This document shows, piece by piece, positions 46,854 through 56,495 of a DNA stretch of 64,000 nt (the stretch's first letter is position 1; each line of letters starts with the position of its first letter). This DNA comes from a bacterium (GTDB lineage: Bacteria; Bacillota_I; Bacilli_A; RFN20; CAG-826). The notes under the pieces are model-generated. The model saw only the letters and a list, made by a program, of their open reading frames with translations. It did no database searches and was not told the origin of the DNA. The position numbers were made by a program, and so were the translations under genes. The stretch lies in assembly GCA_963616935.1 (NCBI GenBank), contig CAVEMS010000001.1:33273-97272 (forward strand). The letters run 5' to 3'.

Positions 46854-46872
46854 CGTATAGGAAACCACTCAG

Positions 46873-49800
46873 ATGAGCGAAACGGGTGGGGGCATATTCG
46901 AGAAAAAGGGGAAGAAAGCTTTTTCGTTCCCTCTTTTCCTTAGAGAGCATTTCCCTTTCCTTTTCGAAATCCGCTCACTTTTCTATTTCTTTTGGCTTCT
47001 CTTTTTCTTAGGCATCTTCTGGATGGCCTATGGGCTATTCACCAATAGTTTCACTCAATTCTATCCATGGACGGATTACTTCGGACAGTACGTCACGATG
47101 ACGTATTATTTCCATGATACTTGGAGGAATTTCTTCAAAACCGGCTATTTTGAGCTATATTCTCCATCGACATATCTTGGTTCTGACAACATCGGATCAA
47201 ATTCGTATTACGGCCTTTTCGATCCGTTTTTGTTCGTTTGCTACATTTTCCCTCGTTCGTGGATTCCTCAGACTTTCGCTATAGCGACGATATTCAAAGG
47301 CATCGCAAGCGGCTTTTCGATGCGGGCATACCTCAAGTATATGGGGGTTAAGGAATGGAGCGCGAGGATTGGGGCGATTGCTTTCGCGTTCAATGGCTAT
47401 GTCAATTTCATGGTTGGATTTCCGAGTTTCGTTTCGATGGCTTTCACCGTTCCTTTGGTGCTACTAGGAATCGAGCAGGTTCTTAAGGAAAAGAAGATCA
47501 CTTGGCTTGTTATTGGATTGGCACTATTAGGATTCATCTCCTTCTTCTTCCTTGTCGTCGTTTGCATATTCGGGGTGTTATACGCTTTATTCAGGTATTT
47601 TCAGACTCTCAAAACGAGGAAAGGGAAAGACCATTTTCTGGTCATCGTTTATGGCGTCGCCGCTTTTGCGCTAGGGATTTTGATGAGCGCTTGGACTCTT
47701 TTTCCAAGCATCCGGGAAAGCGCGTTGTCTGGAAGGACAACCTCCATTGCGAAAGCGTACCTCGATAGTTTGACATCCGCTTTCAAAGGGATGGACGTCG
47801 GAACGGTATTCGGCCTCTTGTTTGAGATGGTTGGGCGCCATCCCGTGCGGGAAATGCAGGCGATAATTGGATTTTTCTATCCGACGATCGGCTATCGCTA
47901 TAGCGCGCTCGCGGGCGGTGGATACGATGCTTGGAATGCCTCTTTGTTTTGCTATACCCCCTTCGCTTTGCTTCTCTTTATCGCCTTGGTGAATTCGTGT
48001 CGAGAGAAGAAGATATCCCATATCATCGCTTGGCTTCTTATTTGCTATTTGTTATTTACGAATTTCGCCTATTATTTCTTCTACGCTTTTACGGGCGATG
48101 GCTATGGAAGGTGGTATATCGTCCTGATACCAGTGATCATCTATTATGGCGCTAAGGAACTTGACCGTCTTAAGGATGAGCCTAGATGGGTGATTGGATT
48201 AGGTGAAGGAATCGCCATATTTTTGACTGTTTTGACTTGGGTTCTGTGCGTGACATTGGTTAGGAATGTCTCTTTCGACGACAGGATGGACGGCTATTGG
48301 CAAACCAGTTACAAGGTGCCATATGAATATGTTTATGACGGCGTCACCCATTCTTTCATCTGGGTTATTTACCTTCAAATTGGGCTATTGGTGATTGAAG
48401 CGATCATTTTCTTAGTTTGGAAGAACAAGAAGATAATCAAGAAAATCGCCCTTGGAAGCGTTATGGCGGAGATAATCTTATGGGGGAACGTCTCCTTTAT
48501 CGATAACAGCCCATGGCGAGTCGACGATAAAACGAATTCCGCCGGCCAAGTCGTTTCCTATGGTTGGAATGGTGGCAACGCCTATCGCGAAACGGCGACT
48601 GCGGCGATGGAGAAGATTAATGCCGAAGATTCGTCCTATTTCCGCACCTTCTATGAAGGGAATCCGGAAAACAACGTTGCTATGGCCTTTGGGAGCAATG
48701 GCACGAGCACCTTCCATTCTTTATTCAATTACGACGTCAATCAGCTTTCTTTGTATCTATACGCCAATAGACCGACGTATGTGAATAAGGAATACGCTTA
48801 CGGGGAGGATTATTATAGCCACTCCTGGAGCGCCTTCTATGGCAATAAACGTTATGGCGCCGATTATGCCCTTGGAATGAAGTACTATGCCGTTCTTCAA
48901 CAAGGATATGGATCGCTCGAAGGCGTCGCCGACAATGTGCCATGGAACCATACGCTCGTCTATGGCGATAAGAGCACGAAATTAAGATTCTATCGCAACG
49001 ATTCCTATGTTTTTGGGCATGCTGTAGACAAGATCTATTCACAAGGCGCGACGAACGCACTAACCGGATACGACTCCTTTTATGGCGGGAACGGCAAGCG
49101 AGAGGCGATTAGAAACGACCAAGTTCTTCTTGAAGGGGCGATCATATCGGATGAGGAGAAGGAGAGATTCGAAAAGGAAACGGAAGGAAAGGGGATTTCC
49201 TTTGATGCCGTTCCTTACTCTTCTTCCTTATATCAAGAAGTCGAATATGACATGACTTGTTACACCACCGACTATGAATGGTGGGGGCCGTTTAATGAGG
49301 AAACCGGAGTTAGAGAAGGGCCTGGCTATTTCGTGAATGACGAAAGCAAGACGAAAAGGAAAATCTCGCTTGGAGGCAAATACATTCCCGATATGGAGAT
49401 CGTCGCTTTGACGCCATCCGACGGATCGACTTATTTCAACGACGAATATAATGGGGCTTATTTTGCTATAAATTATGACTTCTCTTCGTCCCTTAAGAAC
49501 AACAAGAAAACGAGGATTTACTTCATCGGCGACAAGGAAAACGATGACGGCACGATTAGTGAAAACGTCTTGCTCTCCTATGATTATGAGACGATGGTCA
49601 CTTATGCGAAGCGGAAGATGATTGATGGCGGAGACGTCTTCGGCTTCTATCCGGAAGGCAAGGTCAAATACATTTGCTTTAATGCCAAGCCAAGCGATTT
49701 CTCTTCTCTCGATGCCGGTAAAGCGGTCGCCACTTTGCCTTATTCCCTTAGTGTTTATATGACCCCACGAAGCGAAATCGAAAAGATCGAAGGCAAATAC

Positions 49801-50166
49801 ATGAATGATGGGGAATACGCTTTAAAAGATGTGGTTTACGATAAGAACAGATTCACTTTCTCGACTTCTTTCTCGGCTTCCAAAGTCGTGACAACGTCGT
49901 TAGGCTATGACGCCGGATGGAAGATAACGGCCAAAAAAGGCGAAGAAACAATCTCCTTGGATACGTATAAAATCAATGGTGGATTCGTTGGTTTCGTGGC
50001 ACCAGAAGGGGAAGTTACTTACCTTCTTCAATATGAGACGCCATATCTAAAAGAAGGGGCTTTTGCTGCTGCTTTTGCGATTTTCGCATTCGGATCGATA
50101 CAAATCGGATCCTTCTTATATCTATATTTCAAAAAGAAGAAAGAAAAGGAATCGTCTATTTCTTGA
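46873..50166 (+). CDS. YfhO-family membrane protein (putative GT-C glycosyltransferase, lipoteichoic-acid/glycolipid glycosylation)
   Basis: 1097 aa. N-terminal polytopic block, a large extracytoplasmic domain, and a C-terminal TM helix with a KKKK tail, which is the YfhO-like topology. Confidence 0.6.
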   Translation: MSETGGGIFEKKGKKAFSFPLFLREHFPFLFEIRSLFYFFWLLFFLGIFWMAYGLFTNSFTQFYPWTDYFGQYVTMTYYFHDTWRNFFKTGYFELYSPSTYLGSDNIGSNSYYGLFDPFLFVCYIFPRSWIPQTFAIATIFKGIASGFSMRAYLKYMGVKEWSARIGAIAFAFNGYVNFMVGFPSFVSMAFTVPLVLLGIEQVLKEKKITWLVIGLALLGFISFFFLVVVCIFGVLYALFRYFQTLKTRKGKDHFLVIVYGVAAFALGILMSAWTLFPSIRESALSGRTTSIAKAYLDSLTSAFKGMDVGTVFGLLFEMVGRHPVREMQAIIGFFYPTIGYRYSALAGGGYDAWNASLFCYTPFALLLFIALVNSCREKKISHIIAWLLICYLLFTNFAYYFFYAFTGDGYGRWYIVLIPVIIYYGAKELDRLKDEPRWVIGLGEGIAIFLTVLTWVLCVTLVRNVSFDDRMDGYWQTSYKVPYEYVYDGVTHSFIWVIYLQIGLLVIEAIIFLVWKNKKIIKKIALGSVMAEIILWGNVSFIDNSPWRVDDKTNSAGQVVSYGWNGGNAYRETATAAMEKINAEDSSYFRTFYEGNPENNVAMAFGSNGTSTFHSLFNYDVNQLSLYLYANRPTYVNKEYAYGEDYYSHSWSAFYGNKRYGADYALGMKYYAVLQQGYGSLEGVADNVPWNHTLVYGDKSTKLRFYRNDSYVFGHAVDKIYSQGATNALTGYDSFYGGNGKREAIRNDQVLLEGAIISDEEKERFEKETEGKGISFDAVPYSSSLYQEVEYDMTCYTTDYEWWGPFNEETGVREGPGYFVNDESKTKRKISLGGKYIPDMEIVALTPSDGSTYFNDEYNGAYFAINYDFSSSLKNNKKTRIYFIGDKENDDGTISENVLLSYDYETMVTYAKRKMIDGGDVFGFYPEGKVKYICFNAKPSDFSSLDAGKAVATLPYSLSVYMTPRSEIEKIEGKYMNDGEYALKDVVYDKNRFTFSTSFSASKVVTTSLGYDAGWKITAKKGEETISLDTYKINGGFVGFVAPEGEVTYLLQYETPYLKEGAFAAAFAIFAFGSIQIGSFLYLYFKKKKEKESSIS

Positions 50167-51013
50167 AGTTCTTGAGATAGAAATCGTAGACTTCGTTTTT
50201 CGGTAATGAAAGCTCTTTGGCGGTGGCCATTATCGCATCTTTCGATTTCATCGTTTTGAGTTTCGCTTTTAACGACTCGAGGATGGATGAGTCATCTTTT
50301 TGTATTTCTTTTTGCTTATTTCCTTCGACGACCAAAACCATTTCGCCGATTAGCGTATCTTCGTTAAGGGCGGCTGCTTCGGATAATGTTCCGCGGATGA
50401 ATTCCTCATGTTTTTTGGTGAGTTCGCGTCCTATCGATATCTTTCTGTCGCCACCGAGGATCGCCATCATGTCGTTAAGCGTTCTTTTGATGCGGTGCGG
50501 GGCTTCGTAAAAGATGATCGTGTCCTTGAAATTCTTTAGCGATTCGAGTTCCTTTTTCCTTAGGCTTTCCTTGCTATCCAAAAAGCCATAGAAATAGAAG
50601 TGGCTTGTGTCTAATCCGGAGGCGGTTAAGGCCATGATGGCGGCGTTAGGGCCGTTGATTACGCTGACTTTTATGTCATTATCCAAGCATTTCTTGGCTA
50701 ATCTGGCTCCTGGGTCGCTGATTGTCGGGTATCCGGCGTCGCTTAGATAGCCGACTTTTTTGCCTTCTTTTAGCAAGGCGATTATCTTGTCGCTTGCTTC
50801 CTCTTCGTTATGTTCATGGCACGATATGAGCGGTTTTTTGATGTCGAAAAGCATCAAAAGCTTGCCGGTGTTCCTTGTATCTTCGCAAGCGATGTAATCC
50901 ATTTCGGAGATGGTTTCTTTGGCTCTAGCGGAGAATTCGCCGAGGTTCCCGATGGGGCTTGCTATAAGATAGAGAAGAGGCGAAGGGCCGCTAAAATTCA
51001 ATTCCCTTTTCAT
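50156..51013 (-). CDS. rsmI: 16S rRNA (cytidine1402-2'-O)-methyltransferase
   Basis: YLIASPIGNLGEFSARAKETISEMDYIACEDTRNTGKLL, the tetrapyrrole-methylase fold of RsmI. Confidence 0.85.
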   Translation of the reverse strand: MKRELNFSGPSPLLYLIASPIGNLGEFSARAKETISEMDYIACEDTRNTGKLLMLFDIKKPLISCHEHNEEEASDKIIALLKEGKKVGYLSDAGYPTISDPGARLAKKCLDNDIKVSVINGPNAAIMALTASGLDTSHFYFYGFLDSKESLRKKELESLKNFKDTIIFYEAPHRIKRTLNDMMAILGGDRKISIGRELTKKHEEFIRGTLSEAAALNEDTLIGEMVLVVEGNKQKEIQKDDSSILESLKAKLKTMKSKDAIMATAKELSLPKNEVYDFYLKNFKK

Positions 51014-51927
51014 CTTTGCCTTGGCTTTTTGTATTGCGGGTTGTTGTTTCGTTGATTCTGTTCGTCTTTTTTAACCGTTTCTTTCGTCTTCTCGCCATGG
51101 AGTTTCCTTTCGAGTTCGTCTAGGGAAAGGACGATGGTCTCGGTTTCCGATGATAAACGAACGGAACGCGAGAGGATATTGAAACTATCGACTTTGTAGG
51201 AGCCTTCCTTCAAGAAAAGGATGGTTCCGACTTTCGGGAATTTCTTTCTTTCTTCCGTGTAGAGGTCGTCTTCATAGGCCAAGCAGCAAAGGAGTTTTCC
51301 GCAAGCGCCGCTTAGCTTCGGTATATTGAGGGATAGCATTTGGTTTTTGGCTCTTGAGATGCTTATCCCGTCGAAGGAATTCAAAAAGGTGCTGCAGCAT
51401 AGCACGAGGCCGCATGGTCCGATGCCGCCTATTGATTTGGCTTTGTCGCGAGGGGCGATTTGGCGGAGTTCTATGCGGCAATGCAATTTCGGAGCCAAGC
51501 ATTTAAGGAGCTCGCGGAAATCGACGCGGTTATCGGAAGTATAGGTGATGGTGCATTTCATCCCGTCGAGCGAGAACCTCGCTTCGAGAAGTCTCATCGG
51601 AAGACCGAGTCTAGCGACTTCCTCTTCCGTTATCTCTAAGGCTACTTTGGCGTCTTTGAGCCCCATCTCATAATCGCGCTCATCGTCTTTCGAGGCATGG
51701 CGGATGACGGGCGATAAGGCCAAATTGTTCTTATATTCGTCGGTGCTTTTTGCCAAAGCACTCACGATGGCGATTTCGAGTCCGCTTAAAGACTCGACGA
51801 CGACTTTCTCGCCGATGCGATAATCATTCTCGTTCGTGCCAAAGAAATAGTTCTTCGCCCCGCCGGGAAAATGAACGGCGAGGAAAAAGCGGTATTGTTG
51901 TTCTATGCGATCTTCTTCGTCGATCAT
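51010..51927 (-). CDS. ricT: PSP1-domain protein RicT (stage 0 sporulation protein YaaT homologue)
   Basis: PSP1 domain with Cys-rich C-terminus (GPCGLVLCCSTFL...GACGKLLCCLAYE). Conserved position downstream of holB. Confidence 0.8.
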   Translation of the reverse strand: MIDEEDRIEQQYRFFLAVHFPGGAKNYFFGTNENDYRIGEKVVVESLSGLEIAIVSALAKSTDEYKNNLALSPVIRHASKDDERDYEMGLKDAKVALEITEEEVARLGLPMRLLEARFSLDGMKCTITYTSDNRVDFRELLKCLAPKLHCRIELRQIAPRDKAKSIGGIGPCGLVLCCSTFLNSFDGISISRAKNQMLSLNIPKLSGACGKLLCCLAYEDDLYTEERKKFPKVGTILFLKEGSYKVDSFNILSRSVRLSSETETIVLSLDELERKLHGEKTKETVKKDEQNQRNNNPQYKKPRQR

Positions 51928-52907
51928 AAGCCGTTCTCCTTCGATATATAGTTGATTACGTGTTCCAATAAAATGCCTGCGGAAATGTTCAAATCCAATA
52001 GATTCCGCACCTTCATGATTTCTAGCAGGCTTTTGCTCAAAGCGGGCAAATCTAGCAAAGGCTTCATAATCTTAACATAACTCTCTAATAAGAAAGGCGC
52101 ATTTTCTTTGTGGGATATGGTTTCTTTGAAGAATACGCAAAGCATGTCGAAGAACATCTTTGCTCTCTTTTTGTCGCTTAATGCCGGGATGATATCCCTT
52201 TCGGAAACGAGATAAAGCGAATCCTTTCCAAGAGGCACTGCATCGACGAAGGAAAGAAGGGCCGCCTTCATATCGAGATAGTCGTCGCTAGAGACGAAAG
52301 AAGGTAATGCGGCGGAATTATTGATGAAAAAGGAAGCGAGTTCCGCATCCTCTTTCTTGATTCCATCTTGAAGCGCAAGCGAGACGATGTCTTTCTTTGG
52401 CGTAAGCAATAGCCTTATGGTTTCGCAACGACTAACGATCGTCGGTAATACTTTCGCAATGTTTTCGGTGGTCAGGATTGCGTGGACGTAGGAAGGGGGT
52501 TCCTCGAGGAATTTGAGAAGCGAATTGACCGCTTCGACGGTCATGTTCTCAACGCCATTAATGATGTAGACGCAGTCGCTTTTCTCTTCCAATGACGTTT
52601 TTGAAAAGGAGGATACCAGATCCTCGACTTCTTCTTTTTTTATCGTTCCTTCCTCTTCTCCGATGATCTTAAAACCATTGAAGGTTCTATGTTCTATCCT
52701 TTGACAATAACGGCATTCCTCGTCGGCCAAAGGCGAAGGGTTGTCGCATATCAGCGTTTTGGCTAAGAATATAGCCGTCTCTAATAACGGCGTCCCTTTT
52801 TCGCCGCTAAGAAGATAGGCGTGCGAAATTCTATTCGATTTCATCGCGTTCGAAAACGTCTTATAGACCAATGGCTGATAATTGCTTAGGTATTCGGAAA
52901 ATTTCAT
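51924..52907 (-). CDS. holB: DNA polymerase III subunit delta'
   Basis: AAA+ clamp-loader fold (HAYLLSGEKGTPLLETAIFLAK, Zn module CRYC). Synteny tmk-holB. Confidence 0.8.
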   Translation of the reverse strand: MKFSEYLSNYQPLVYKTFSNAMKSNRISHAYLLSGEKGTPLLETAIFLAKTLICDNPSPLADEECRYCQRIEHRTFNGFKIIGEEEGTIKKEEVEDLVSSFSKTSLEEKSDCVYIINGVENMTVEAVNSLLKFLEEPPSYVHAILTTENIAKVLPTIVSRCETIRLLLTPKKDIVSLALQDGIKKEDAELASFFINNSAALPSFVSSDDYLDMKAALLSFVDAVPLGKDSLYLVSERDIIPALSDKKRAKMFFDMLCVFFKETISHKENAPFLLESYVKIMKPLLDLPALSKSLLEIMKVRNLLDLNISAGILLEHVINYISKENGL

Positions 52908-53527
52908 CGCGTTTTAAGCCGCTCTTCTATCGCGCTATAGACGTCTTGGAAGACGCTATCCTTGTCTTTTGAGGCGTCGATCACCACAAAACGCTGTTCA
53001 AAGCGTTTGGCAAGCATCAAAAATCCTTCGCGCACTTTCTTATGGAAGGAAAGTTTCTCGACGTCGAGCCTATTGACTTCGCGGCTAGAGTTAGCGGCGA
53101 TCCTTTCGAGCCCCTTTTCCGGATCGAGATCGAAAAAGAAGGTCAAATCCGGTTCCAATCCTTCGGTGGCGAATAGATTCATTTCGAGAACCTTGTCGAT
53201 TCCGATCCCTCTTGCGTGGCCTTGGTAGGCCAAGGAAGAATCGAGGAAGCGGTCACAGAGGACGATTTTTCCCTCTTTCACGCTAGGAAGGATTTTTTCG
53301 ACGATGTGTTGTCTTCTCGAAGCGGCGTACAAAAGGGCTTCCGTCCTTTCATCCATCTCGGTGTTCTTCTTATCGAGGATGATGTTCCTTATCTCTTCGG
53401 AAATCGGGGTTCCGCCTGGTTCCCTCGTCAAGACTATTTGATAGCCCTCGCTCTCGAGCTTTTCTACGACTTTCTTAATGGCGGTGCTTTTTCCAGCCCC
53501 TTCTCCGCCTTCAAACGTTATGAACAT
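52904..53527 (-). CDS. tmk: Thymidylate kinase
   Basis: MFITFEGGEGAGKST P-loop, LID region, 207 aa. Confidence 0.9.
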   Translation of the reverse strand: MFITFEGGEGAGKSTAIKKVVEKLESEGYQIVLTREPGGTPISEEIRNIILDKKNTEMDERTEALLYAASRRQHIVEKILPSVKEGKIVLCDRFLDSSLAYQGHARGIGIDKVLEMNLFATEGLEPDLTFFFDLDPEKGLERIAANSSREVNRLDVEKLSFHKKVREGFLMLAKRFEQRFVVIDASKDKDSVFQDVYSAIEERLKTR

Positions 53528-53529
53528 GG

Positions 53530-54126
53530 TTATATCCTCTTTCTTCCTTCGAAAGCTTTGCTTAGCGTAAGCGAATCGGCATAATCTAGCGATGCTCCCA
53601 TCGGTAGCCCGTATCCGAGCCTGGTAACGACGATTTCCTTCTTTTCGAGGAGTTTGGCGATGAATAACGCGGTTGTTTCGCCTTCCAATGTCGGGTTAGT
53701 GGCAATTACGACTTCTTTCACTTTGTTTTCGTCGATTCTTTTTAGGAGAGTGCCAAAAGAAAGATCGTCGACGCTGATGCCTTTGGAGGCGCTTAATAGT
53801 CCGCCTAAGATATGGTAGATGCCATTAAATGAGCCCATTTTCTCTATCGCCAAGGCGTCTTTTGGGCTTGCGACCACGCACAAATAGGCATGATCTCTAT
53901 TCTCATCGCGGCAGATTTCGCAAGTTTCCTCTTCCGTGTATAGTCCGCATTCGGGGCACTTATGGATTTTCTCTTCGCTGTTTTTGATCGCTTCGATGAA
54001 GGATAATTTATCTTCTTTTGGCATATTCAAAACGGCGTATGCCATTCTCTCGGCGGTACGTGGTCCGACGCCTGGAAGCTTTCCAAAAGCATCGGTCAAT
54101 TGGACGATGGTTTTAAGTTCCTTCAT
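53530..54126 (-). CDS. recR: Recombination protein RecR
   Basis: C4 zinc finger (CPECGLYTEEETCEIC) plus Toprim domain. Confidence 0.9.
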   Translation of the reverse strand: MKELKTIVQLTDAFGKLPGVGPRTAERMAYAVLNMPKEDKLSFIEAIKNSEEKIHKCPECGLYTEEETCEICRDENRDHAYLCVVASPKDALAIEKMGSFNGIYHILGGLLSASKGISVDDLSFGTLLKRIDENKVKEVVIATNPTLEGETTALFIAKLLEKKEIVVTRLGYGLPMGASLDYADSLTLSKAFEGRKRI

Positions 54127-54431
54127 TAGAAGGGGAAGGCTCCTTTTCTGCCGGTGACTTTCTCACTCATCGCCTCTTCTTCTTTGGCGATTTGCTCCAA
54201 GGCTTCGTTAATGGCCATGGCGATTGTGTCTTGAATCATGTCGGCGTTATCGGCGCTTAAGGCATCGGGTTCGATCTTGATCTCTTTGACCTTTTTGCTT
54301 CCGAGGACGCAAACTTCGATGATGCCGGCTTTTTTGATGACGAATTCCTTCGCTTCCAAGGCGGCGTGCGCTTTTTCGAGTTCGCGCTGCATGCGTTGCG
54401 CTTGCATGAGCATTTGCTGCATTTGATTCAT
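54126..54431 (-). CDS. ybaB: Nucleoid-associated protein YbaB/EbfC
   Basis: MNQMQQMLMQAQRMQ... The 101 aa length and position between dnaX and recR fit YbaB. Confidence 0.85.
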   Translation of the reverse strand: MNQMQQMLMQAQRMQRELEKAHAALEAKEFVIKKAGIIEVCVLGSKKVKEIKIEPDALSADNADMIQDTIAMAINEALEQIAKEEEAMSEKVTGRKGAFPF

Positions 54432-54441
54432 ATTTTTCTCC

Positions 54442-56250
54442 TTATTTTGGAAGATTCAAAACGATGGTGGATTTGGCTGGCAGCTGATTTAGCCGCATCA
54501 AGTCATAATAACGGTTTTGGACGTCGAGTTTCTCGTTATTGTCCAAGGCATATACGAAGACCTTTCTTCCTAAGAAGGTTTCGATTAATTCCTCTAAGGG
54601 CTCTTGATTGGCAACTAGATTCGCTTTTTCGGCTAGATTGGTGTGCTTATACACAAGCACCAAAGCCTCTTTCGATAAGCAATAAGGGGCGCCACTAGAT
54701 AGCAAGGTCGCCAAAGCGCCGACCTTTTCGTCCATTTTTAGTGGGGTGAGTTCAGGCCAGCGGTCGACGAGCGATTTGCGCTCGGTCTTGTTTGCGAGAA
54801 CCATGATTTTGAGAATCTCATCCTGAGGGATATTGAACCGCTCCCCGCTTGTGGCGATTTGCGGCCGCTTGATTTTCGAAAGGTCGATGGAACTTGCGGG
54901 ATTGCTCATATTGGATGAGGCTTGTTTCGCATCGTCCCAAAGCCAACCGGGCACAGGGATGCCGGAGGCTTTCTGTGAAGTCGGTTCCTTGCTTTCGTTA
55001 GCGACTGTTTTTGGGCTTTCTTTCAGAATTGGAGTCTCAACTTTTGGCGCCGCAACCTTCTTTTCGTTTTCAAATAGCGGTTTTACCACTTCTTTTTGGG
55101 GTTGTTGAATCGGCTCAACTTTTTGGGTTGGTTGGGTTTTTGCAGGGATTTTTTGATTTATTGCAGGCGAATCGTCATCTTCTGAGGCGAGTTTCAATAG
55201 CGATAATTCAAACAACGAACGGATGTCCGACACCATTTTGAAATTGTTTTGCGTTTCCAAAAGGACTTGGATGGTTTTGTTTATCGAAACCACTGGATAG
55301 GAGGGGAGAAGCCCTGTGGCATCTTCCTCTTTTAAAACGCCAAGCAAATCCGCCCTCTTTGTTTTCGCATATACCAATAGGTCTTTCAAAATGGAAATCA
55401 AATCGGCCAAGAACCTGCGGATATCCAGTCCTTTCGAGACATAAAGATCGGTCTTGGCGATGACGCTAGCGACGTCGCCTTCTCGAAGGCATTTCAATAG
55501 GTTGATCTTTTCCTCTTTGCTAGCGAGTCCATAAACCGATAAGACGTCGTTCTCGTCGAGCTTGTCTCCGCTATAGGCGAGGACTTGATCGAGGATCGAC
55601 AAAGCGTCTCTCATTCCGCCGTCGGCCAAATTGATGATGGCTTTGACGCCGGCATCGTCATATTGAACGTTTTCCTTTTCCAATATTTCTTTGAGCTTTC
55701 CGCCCATTTCCTCTTCGCTAAGCTTGGAGAAATCGAAACGTTGGCAACGAGAAAGGATCGTCGGCAAGACTTTGAATGGCTCGGTGGTGCATAAGATGAA
55801 AATGACGTTCTCGGGCGGTTCCTCGATTGTTTTCAACAAGGCGTTGAAAGCGCCGGTCGACATCATATGGACTTCGTCGATTATGTAGACTTTGTATTTT
55901 CCCTTGATCGGGGAATATTGGACGCCGTCGATTAATTCGCGGACCTGATCGACACCGTTATTGCTTGCGGCGTCTATTTCGATGACGTCAGGATGGGTTC
56001 CCTCGGCGATCGCCAAGCAATTCGAGCAATGGCCGCATTGATGGCCGAGTCCTTCCTCGCAATCGAGCGCTTTGGCGAATAGCCTAGCCATCGATGTTTT
56101 ACCGGTTCCGCGTGGCCCGGCGAAAAGATAGGCATGGGCCATTTTGTCCTTCGCTAACGCGTTTTTGAGGGTTCGGACGATCGCTTTTTGCCCAGCGACT
56201 TCTTCAAAAGTCTGAGGGCGGTAAGTTAGATAAAGAGCTTTATAAGACAT
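54442..56250 (-). CDS. dnaX: DNA polymerase III subunits gamma/tau
   Basis: AAA+ region with a C4 zinc module (AYLFAGPRGTGKTS...CGHCSNC). Promoter-like TATAAT and an AAAGGTG RBS lie immediately upstream, on the minus strand at 56261..56277. Confidence 0.9.
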   Translation of the reverse strand: MSYKALYLTYRPQTFEEVAGQKAIVRTLKNALAKDKMAHAYLFAGPRGTGKTSMARLFAKALDCEEGLGHQCGHCSNCLAIAEGTHPDVIEIDAASNNGVDQVRELIDGVQYSPIKGKYKVYIIDEVHMMSTGAFNALLKTIEEPPENVIFILCTTEPFKVLPTILSRCQRFDFSKLSEEEMGGKLKEILEKENVQYDDAGVKAIINLADGGMRDALSILDQVLAYSGDKLDENDVLSVYGLASKEEKINLLKCLREGDVASVIAKTDLYVSKGLDIRRFLADLISILKDLLVYAKTKRADLLGVLKEEDATGLLPSYPVVSINKTIQVLLETQNNFKMVSDIRSLFELSLLKLASEDDDSPAINQKIPAKTQPTQKVEPIQQPQKEVVKPLFENEKKVAAPKVETPILKESPKTVANESKEPTSQKASGIPVPGWLWDDAKQASSNMSNPASSIDLSKIKRPQIATSGERFNIPQDEILKIMVLANKTERKSLVDRWPELTPLKMDEKVGALATLLSSGAPYCLSKEALVLVYKHTNLAEKANLVANQEPLEELIETFLGRKVFVYALDNNEKLDVQNRYYDLMRLNQLPAKSTIVLNLPK

Positions 56251-56407
56251 AAGTGGATATCACCTTTTAGGATTATACCTTTCTTCTCCCTTTCTCACTA
56301 GAGAATATAGGCGATTTTTTGCATTGTCTGCCTTAAGTCCTTTCGACACGCGAAGAACAGGGTCATTTCTTTCTCGTTTTCATCTATCGATATCATCCAA
56401 TGCGGGT

Positions 56408-56451
56408 AAACGCTAAGCGTTTGACAGTGATGTATGCTTTACGATTATAAT
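56408..56451 (+). promoter_or_regulatory. Promoter of the collagen-like lipoprotein gene, with a perfect 7-bp-arm palindrome overlapping the -35 element
   Basis: AAACGCT-A-AGCGTTT (56408..56422) abuts TTGACA (56421..56426). TATAAT lies at about 56446..56451. AAAGGAG RBS before the ATG at 56496. Confidence 0.4.
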
Positions 56452-56495
56452 AGGATGATAGTTATGCTAAGCCGTTTATAAAGGAGATTCCGTCC

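Noticed and set aside
56251-56495. Expected SRP RNA (ffs/scr) immediately upstream of dnaX, as in Bacillus subtilis
   Set aside because: Neither strand contains the conserved domain IV motif (GGUCCGGAAGGAAGCAGC ... AAGGCAG). Only a weak AAGGCAGAC resemblance was found. The region is better explained by divergent promoters (a TATAAT/AAAGGTG for dnaX and a TTGACA...TATAAT for the lipoprotein gene).
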